Origin: an uncultured Holosporaceae bacterium
Lineage (GTDB): Bacteria > Pseudomonadota > Alphaproteobacteria > UBA3830 > CASESI01
Length of the DNA stretch: 64,000 bases
Assembly: GCA_949290705.1 (NCBI GenBank)
Contig: CASESI010000014.1
Coordinates: forward strand, 37,802-101,801
Direction: 5' to 3'
Part shown: piece after piece, positions 58,465 to 64,000 of the stretch
Layout: every line of letters begins with the position of its first letter
Position numbering within the stretch: position 1 is the stretch's first letter
The notes under the pieces: generated by a model
The model's input: the letters and a program-made list of their open reading frames with translations, nothing else
Databases searched by the model: none
Told to the model about the DNA's origin: nothing
Translations under genes and position numbers: made by a program

Positions 58465-60130
58465 CTGAGGATCTTTGTCACCCAGGCATTTCGCGCAAAA
58501 GCTATTCGAAAATTTGACTGCCTCATCCATGCTATGCGTGAGTTTTCCGTACAAATTCTCGTGCTTGTAATCTATGTGGTCCAAATACTGGTACGTATAA
58601 TCCGTAAGGTTCGTAAGCACCACCGGAATCCCGGATTTCTGGACCACCTGGCGAATCAATCGCGCACCAGTGGCATCAATCAGCGGTACATGTTCGAAAT
58701 TCAGGATCAGCACACGTTCATCACCGACACGTTTCAAAACGTTATCCACCGCAGGCGCAACCCAGAAAAACAAGGGACCATTGATATTCACACAATGCAC
58801 GCCATACTTCGAAGGGTCACCCCCCTCAAACCGGTTCGAAATCTCGGAAATATTAATCTCCGTCTTTTCAAGCAACCTGTGCACAAAAAGTAACATTGCC
58901 GTAATCACGCCAATCTCAACCGCCACCGTGATATCCACCACAACCGTCAAAATGAAGGTCACGAGAAACACCAACGAATCACTCTTTGACGCCCTGAAAA
59001 TATACGTACATTGGCGGAAACCAATCATATTCCAAGCAATCGTCAACAGCATCCCGGCAAGACACGCAAGCGGAATAAACTTCATATAATCCATGAAAAA
59101 GCACATAAAGCTTAACACGAACAACGACTGAAAAATTCCAGACAGCGGCGAAACGGCACCTGCCTTAATATTTGCAGCAGTCCTTGCAAGTGCCCCAGTC
59201 GATGGCACGCCACCAAACAGCGCAGCCACAATATTCGCCATTCCTTGCCCAATCAACTCAGCATCTGATTTATGCTTTGTCAACGTCAAGCCATCCGCAA
59301 TCGTCGCACACAGCAACGACTCTATCCCCGACAAAAAAGCAATCGTCAGGGCAGACGGCAGCAAGGTCTTTACCAATTTAAAATTCACCTCTGGTAAAGA
59401 AAAGTGCAACCCATTCCATTTTAAATCTGCAAATCGTGTCCCAATTGTATCAAAATATTCAGGGAACCAAAACGTTGCACCAACACCAATCGCAATCGCG
59501 ATCAGAAATCTTGGGGTAGTTTGGCCTAAATTTTTGTAATAAAAAAATCATGCCAGCCAAACCAAAGGCTAAGACGAAAGTTGCAACAGACATATCGTCA
59601 ATATGTTGTCACACGAATTGAATTCGGCCCCAAAAACCCCCCGAATTATCCTCAGCAACAATGCCAAACAGGTCATGTAATTGCGTGGACAAAAGTGTCA
59701 CACCAATCCCGGCTGTAAAACCCGCCGTCACAGTGTACGGCATATATTGGATTATTTTTCCAATCCTTAAAAAACCTGCTATCATCAAAAAACAGCCAGC
59801 CATCAAGCTTGCAACCAACAAGCCATTGACCCCATGCACAGCGACAATGTTAAATATAATCACAACAAAAGCGCCCGTAGGTCCACCAATCTGGAACTTG
59901 CATCCACCAAAAATAGATGTGAATGCCCCAGCAACAACCGCGGTAATAAGCCCCTTTTCCGGGGACACACCAGATGCAATCGCCAACGCCATCGCAAGTG
60001 GAAAAGAAATGATCGCCACAATAAAACCGGCATATAAATCCTTTGCAATATTTTGCACAGTATACTTTTCAGGATCCATTATTTGTGGTCTGATCGCACA
60101 AAAATACTCCCTCGCTTTATCTAAACGCAT
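58453..60130 (-). pseudogene. SulP-family anion transporter with STAS domain, disrupted
   Basis: N-terminal fragment 59609..60130 (GFIVAIISFPLAMALAIASGV...) and C-terminal fragment 58453..59409 (TM region plus a STAS-like tail). They are joined only by reading 59,410-59,608 in two other frames: TGA at 59609-59611 and a frame change near 59,500-59,520. Confidence 0.8.
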
Positions 60131-60261
60131 TTTAATTTTTCCAAAAACTCGAACTAAAAAGGTACCTATTATATCATATTTTGATATTTATGTCAAGCGT
60201 TTTTGAAAAAAATTTTTCTCCGGAGTTAATATATTTTTAACATAAAAAAATAAAAAATGAA

Positions 60262-61815
60262 TTATAGGTTTATTTTCGAGGCAATTAAATCCTGGAACTT
60301 TCTAACCCCATAAATCTTTATAAATGAACCAATTTTTGGTCCTTCTTTACTTCCGAATAACACCTCGTAAATGCAGGCAAACCAAGCCTTTAAGTTATCT
60401 TCAAAGTATTTTTTTCCAACCTCAAAAACAACATTTTGCAGATCCGCCGCAGTCTCACGATCATCGCATGCATCAAGTTCAGTAAACAAATCCTTTAACG
60501 CATTCGATTCAACATCGGTCGGGGCGCGGAAACTCTTTGTCGGCTTCACAAATTTTTGATAATACTTCACACTCGATTCGACAAGCTCCTCCAGCATTTT
60601 ATCACGCCTGTAATTCGGGTCGAAATACTTCTCCAAAAATCCCCACATAATATCGCTATTCTCGGCCGAAGCAGCACTTGCGAGATTGATCAGCAAATTA
60701 TACGTAATATCAAAAGTCTTCACAGGCACAACACCGTGATGAATATGCCAACAAGGATTATCCTTTGACAGGTTCGTTTCATATCGATCGAGATTTGAAA
60801 GGTATTCATCCACCTGGCGCGGAATCACGTTAAACGCCAATTTCTTCGCAGCCTTTGGAGTTTGGAACATGTAATTTGCCAAGCTTTCTTTCGGTGCAAA
60901 ATCCAACCAATCATCAAGCGAAATGCCGTTTCCTTTCGATTTCGAAATTTTCTTACCATCGTTATCCAAAAACAATTCGTAAAAGAAAGTCTCTGGCCCT
61001 TCGGATCCCAAAACGCGACATATTTTTTTCGACAATTTTGCAGAATCGATCAAATCCTTACCAAACATCTCGTAATCCACTTTCAGTACATGCCAACGCA
61101 TTGCCCAATCGACCTTCCATTGAAGCTTACAATTTCCGCCAGTGACAGGCACCTCGACAAATTTTCCTTCGTGATCCTTAAACACAACCGTTCCAGCATC
61201 CACGTCGTATTTTTCCATCGCAACCTGCATCACCTCGTTCGTTACAGGGTGAATCGGCAAGAACGGACTGTAGGTCGAGGACCGCTCCTCCCTTAATGAC
61301 GGTAACATGATCTCGAGAATTTCCTCGTGATGCTTTAAGATTTTCAAAAGCGCCTCATCAAAAAAGCCACTTTGATACATCGCCGTTGAACTTATGAATT
61401 GGTAATCAAACCCAAACTGATCAAGGAATTCCCGCAGTTTGCTGTTGTTATGCTCACCAAAACTTTGATGACATCCAAACGGATCAGGCACCGATGTCAG
61501 CGGACGATTCAGGTTTGCGGCAAGCAATTCCTTATTCGGAACGTTGTCCGGCACCTTACGAAGGCCATCCATATCATCCGAAAACGAGATCAAACGAGTC
61601 TTGCGGCCAGGGTACAGATACTCAAACGCGCGCCTCACAAACGTTGTCCGCAAATTTTCACCAAACGTGCCGATGTGCGGAAGCCCAGACGGACCATACC
61701 CAGTCTCGAACGTTATCACGTCACTTTTGCGGTTTTGCAACTTTCTCGCCTCCTCAAAAGGCCAAGATTTTAAATTTTCATTATCACAATTATTTTTAAT
61801 TTCACTATCAAACAT
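60262..61815 (-). CDS. lysS: lysine--tRNA ligase, class I
   Basis: SWPFEEARKL...ETGYGPSGLPHIGTFGE (class I LysRS HIGH region) and KISKSKGNG (KMSKS). 517 aa. Confidence 0.9.
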   Translation of the reverse strand: MFDSEIKNNCDNENLKSWPFEEARKLQNRKSDVITFETGYGPSGLPHIGTFGENLRTTFVRRAFEYLYPGRKTRLISFSDDMDGLRKVPDNVPNKELLAANLNRPLTSVPDPFGCHQSFGEHNNSKLREFLDQFGFDYQFISSTAMYQSGFFDEALLKILKHHEEILEIMLPSLREERSSTYSPFLPIHPVTNEVMQVAMEKYDVDAGTVVFKDHEGKFVEVPVTGGNCKLQWKVDWAMRWHVLKVDYEMFGKDLIDSAKLSKKICRVLGSEGPETFFYELFLDNDGKKISKSKGNGISLDDWLDFAPKESLANYMFQTPKAAKKLAFNVIPRQVDEYLSNLDRYETNLSKDNPCWHIHHGVVPVKTFDITYNLLINLASAASAENSDIMWGFLEKYFDPNYRRDKMLEELVESSVKYYQKFVKPTKSFRAPTDVESNALKDLFTELDACDDRETAADLQNVVFEVGKKYFEDNLKAWFACIYEVLFGSKEGPKIGSFIKIYGVRKFQDLIASKINL

Positions 61816-62559
61816 AAATCCTCCTTAAAAAAATAAGATTAATTTTTTCTAAAAAACAGACCACCCGAAGTGATCGAAAATGTCACGAAAACATTATCGT
61901 TTTCGAAATTCGTTATTGCGACGATACATGAATACTGATGATTATTTTTTTATTGTATCACAAAAGTTTTCAAATGTCAAGTACTTTTTTAAATTTTTTT
62001 AAGATTTTTTTAAAATTTGTGATGAAGCGAGGAATTCTGTGGGTTTGAGAATGATTTTCTGGATCGAGTATGTTTATAGAGGCTGGTGCGTAATTTTTAA
62101 AATTGTTCCTTAACCTCAAGCGCGGTTGTATGTAGACGTGAGGATGTTATATAGGTTGCGCCAAGATTTTATGGTGAGTACCAGAACCATGGAGAGGTGA
62201 AGTTGTATTGCTATACTCTTTCTAATAACGAGTGTAAAATCCGAAGTCGAAGGCAGAGGCAGATTTCTTTGGCGAAAAGCGAAGTTGTATAGAAATTCTA
62301 ATTCTCGTGCGACTGATCAGTTTTCGGGATTTGACACGAACGCGAAAGTGTAAAAACTTTCTCGTTCCATTAGTAAAACAATTGTAGTAAAGACCGCGTG
62401 GGGTGTTCCCGTGCCCTCTTTGCTACAAGGAGTGCCTGTATTATGCATTGAAAAATAAAAAATGTCAAATATTATTTGTTGCTGCAAGTTTGGTCATGAA
62501 TTTTGGTGCTGGTGTGCGCTGTAAAAACTTTCACCTCTATGCAAAATGTCAATAATTTT

Positions 62560-62716
62560 TTGTCAAAATTAACCATTATTTAACCATTTTGTGGTAAAGT
62601 AAACATAATAGGATTTTGTCCTATGTTTTTTAATAGAGGAAACACAATGAAGAAAATATTATTATTAAGTGCATTGTTTGGCGGATTCGTTTTGAACAAT
62701 GGATATTGTTATGATG
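62560..62716 (+). repeat. duplicated 5'UTR + signal-peptide module, copy A
   Basis: About 157 nt, nearly identical to 63577-63732 (a few substitutions). It spans the upstream region, the AGAGGA Shine-Dalgarno and the first ~23 codons. Confidence 0.85.
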
Positions 62717-63099
62717 CAAAAGATGAATATTACGAACCATTCCTACAAAAGACAGAAGAATCAATAGATCAAAATCAAAGGAATCTGCGAAAAATTGGGA
62801 CTAGTATTTTGCAACATAGAATGAAAGCAGGAAAATATAGAGGACAAAGAATAAGCGAGTTGCTATCTAGAAACTTGGTCAAAAATGATGCCGCAAATGT
62901 TATAAATGAACTTAGCCCAAGCGGTTTTTTGTCAGGTTTGTTAAATAAGTTTTCTCAAGTGAAAATAGAGGGCTCTACTATCACTCTTGTAACGAAAGAT
63001 GGCCATAATATAACAGTACAACTAGAAGGTAAATCAGCTTATAAAATTAAAGGATACGGAAGGGAGGTATGTGTTTTTGATGATGATCTCTCAAAATAA
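62647..63099 (+). CDS. hypothetical small secreted protein (150 aa)
   Basis: MKKILLLSALFGGFVLNNGYC signal peptide behind the AGAGGA Shine-Dalgarno. The mature part has no recognised family. Confidence 0.55.
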   Translation: MKKILLLSALFGGFVLNNGYCYDAKDEYYEPFLQKTEESIDQNQRNLRKIGTSILQHRMKAGKYRGQRISELLSRNLVKNDAANVINELSPSGFLSGLLNKFSQVKIEGSTITLVTKDGHNITVQLEGKSAYKIKGYGREVCVFDDDLSK

Positions 63100-63170
63100 T
63101 ATAAAAAGTATTAACCTTTCTTTAATTTTTTCATTTTACAATTTATAGACTTTATTCAGAGTAGTATTTA

Positions 63171-63575
63171 ATGAAGTTAAATATTCTTGCTGTAAGTTTT
63201 TTCGTAATCGCATGTCATTATCCAGAAAATTTTTTACAAAGTGAAGCAAACTCGACCAACACGGTGTATAACGATATGATCTATACCAACGTAAAGCAAG
63301 ATTTTGATGAAATACTAGACACTTGCTGGGACGAACACCTTGTGAGAAGATCTTTTATATGTTACGCCAAACATAATATCCCGTATACCGAGCGATATTT
63401 AACCGAAATAACCCCATGTTATTTAGAGCAATTGATATTCGAATTTCGGTCTCTTCTTAATAATTTCAGACATGATAGCCCTATCGAAGATACATTGCTT
63501 TTCGCCAACAAAACCTATGATTTAAAACTTAAATGCTATATAGAAATGGATTATACTGTAAAAACTTTTAGATAA
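63171..63575 (+). CDS. hypothetical lipoprotein-like protein (134 aa)
   Basis: MKLNILAVSFFVIAC has a lipobox-like VIAC. Cys-containing mature part with no recognised family. Confidence 0.45.
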   Translation: MKLNILAVSFFVIACHYPENFLQSEANSTNTVYNDMIYTNVKQDFDEILDTCWDEHLVRRSFICYAKHNIPYTERYLTEITPCYLEQLIFEFRSLLNNFRHDSPIEDTLLFANKTYDLKLKCYIEMDYTVKTFR

Positions 63576-63576
63576 T

Positions 63577-63732
63577 TTGTCAAAATTAACCATTATTTTA
63601 CTATTTTGTGGTAAAGTAAACATAATAGGATTTTGTCCTATGTTTTTTAATAGAGGAAACACAATGAAGAAAATATTATTATTAAGTGCATTGTTTGGCG
63701 GATTCGCTTTAAACAATGGATATTGTTTTGAT
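63577..63732 (+). repeat. duplicated 5'UTR + signal-peptide module, copy B
   Basis: See copy A. The encoded signal peptide MKKILLLSALFGGFALNNGYC differs by one residue. Confidence 0.85.
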
Positions 63733-63885
63733 GAAGAGCATAAAATTACTAGGAACACTATAAACAACACGTATAACGAATCCGGTCTTAAAAGTTTTGT
63801 AAAAGATCTTTTGAATTCCACAATTGATGGAAAAAGAGTTGTTGATTTGTTACATCAAAAAAAAAACTTGATGTTAGTATGCTAA
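63664..63885 (+). CDS. hypothetical small secreted protein (73 aa)
   Basis: Same signal peptide as 62647..63099 but an unrelated mature sequence (FDEEHKITRNTINNTYNESGLK...). Confidence 0.5.
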   Translation: MKKILLLSALFGGFALNNGYCFDEEHKITRNTINNTYNESGLKSFVKDLLNSTIDGKRVVDLLHQKKNLMLVC

Positions 63886-64000
63886 AAAAATCTGCGATGA
63901 TTCCATGCGCAGCACGACCTTATCGGTATCGGATAATGTTATAATGTTTGATACACCTATTATAACATATAGAACGTTATATAACAGAATAAAAATCACA

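Noticed and set aside
58420-61828. Many plus-strand ORFs of 60-180 aa across sulP and lysS (for example 59661..60206, 60862..61296, 61399..61773, 61544..61828).
   Set aside because: The GC-richer composition lowers stop-codon frequency in all frames. All of them overlap the clearly homologous minus-strand SulP and class I LysRS reading frames.
61830-62030. Possible replication origin. Plus-strand GC skew changes sign here (C-rich to the left, G-rich to the right). There is an AT-rich tract and a TTAA-N7-TTAA CtrA-like site at 61999-62013.
   Set aside because: No convincing DnaA box was found (best is TGTGGGTTT at ~62,038). TTAA-N7-TTAA is expected by chance in such AT-rich DNA. The skew evidence covers only a few hundred bases on the right. 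The flanking genes are not the usual alphaproteobacterial ori neighbours. A whole-genome cumulative skew plot is needed.
63522-63821. 99-aa minus-strand ORF overlapping the duplicated module and two plus-strand genes.
   Set aside because: It runs antisense to the conserved leader/signal-peptide module, which has a good Shine-Dalgarno and ATG on the plus strand. It has no features of its own.
63886-64000. A GC-richer patch (ctgcgatgattccatgcgcagcacgaccttatcgg) and short inverted repeats (gttataat...attataac) at the window edge.
   Set aside because: It is too close to the window end to interpret. It may be the 3' end of a minus-strand gene continuing outside the window.

Overview
This is an AT-rich bacterial chromosome segment. 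Hand counts of sampled 60-nt lines give roughly 28-40% GC over most of the window. The gene content looks like a reduced, host-associated alphaproteobacterium of the Rickettsiales/Holosporales kind: class I LysRS, an Hsp20+DUF1150 pair, TlyC/CorC, MlaEF, GlpT/UhpC-type MFS and APC importers, and scattered flagellar genes. No species call is possible from the sequence alone. About 55 protein genes are densely packed on both strands. Housekeeping genes: dapF, miaB, cysS, gmk, alr, groES-groEL, tadA, accA, ndk, rsmE-murG-murC, accB-accC, lysS. Envelope and transport genes: porin, mlaEF, mgtE, eptA-dgkA, EamA, two APC paralogues, MFS. Regulators: two XRE proteins and one orphan response regulator. 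There is one tRNA-Arg(UCU), and I saw no rRNA, CRISPR array or recognisable transposase/IS. Stand-out items: (1) A 9.4-kb gene encodes a 3119-aa signal-peptide-bearing coiled-coil/repeat protein. It has an 11-residue-periodic repeat flanked by Gly/Ala glycine-zipper-like hydrophobic segments and a C-terminal array of a degenerate module. (2) A fliK-flgD-flgE hook operon sits behind a perfect sigma54 -24/-12 motif. Its FlgE is 896 aa because of 11 tandem ~32-aa repeats. (3) Synonymous-site composition switches abruptly inside flgE at about nt 56,190, opening a GC-richer block: flgE 3' end, tRNA-Arg, a sulP pseudogene, lysS and an ORF-free 0.8-kb spacer. That block is interrupted by AT-rich cassettes of orphan signal-peptide proteins. 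One cassette is bounded by perfect 27-bp direct repeats beside the tRNA; another carries a ~160-bp duplicated 5'UTR/signal-peptide module. (4) GroES carries a Cys-rich C-terminal tail. All functional calls come from motif recognition by eye on the supplied translations; nothing was checked against a database.
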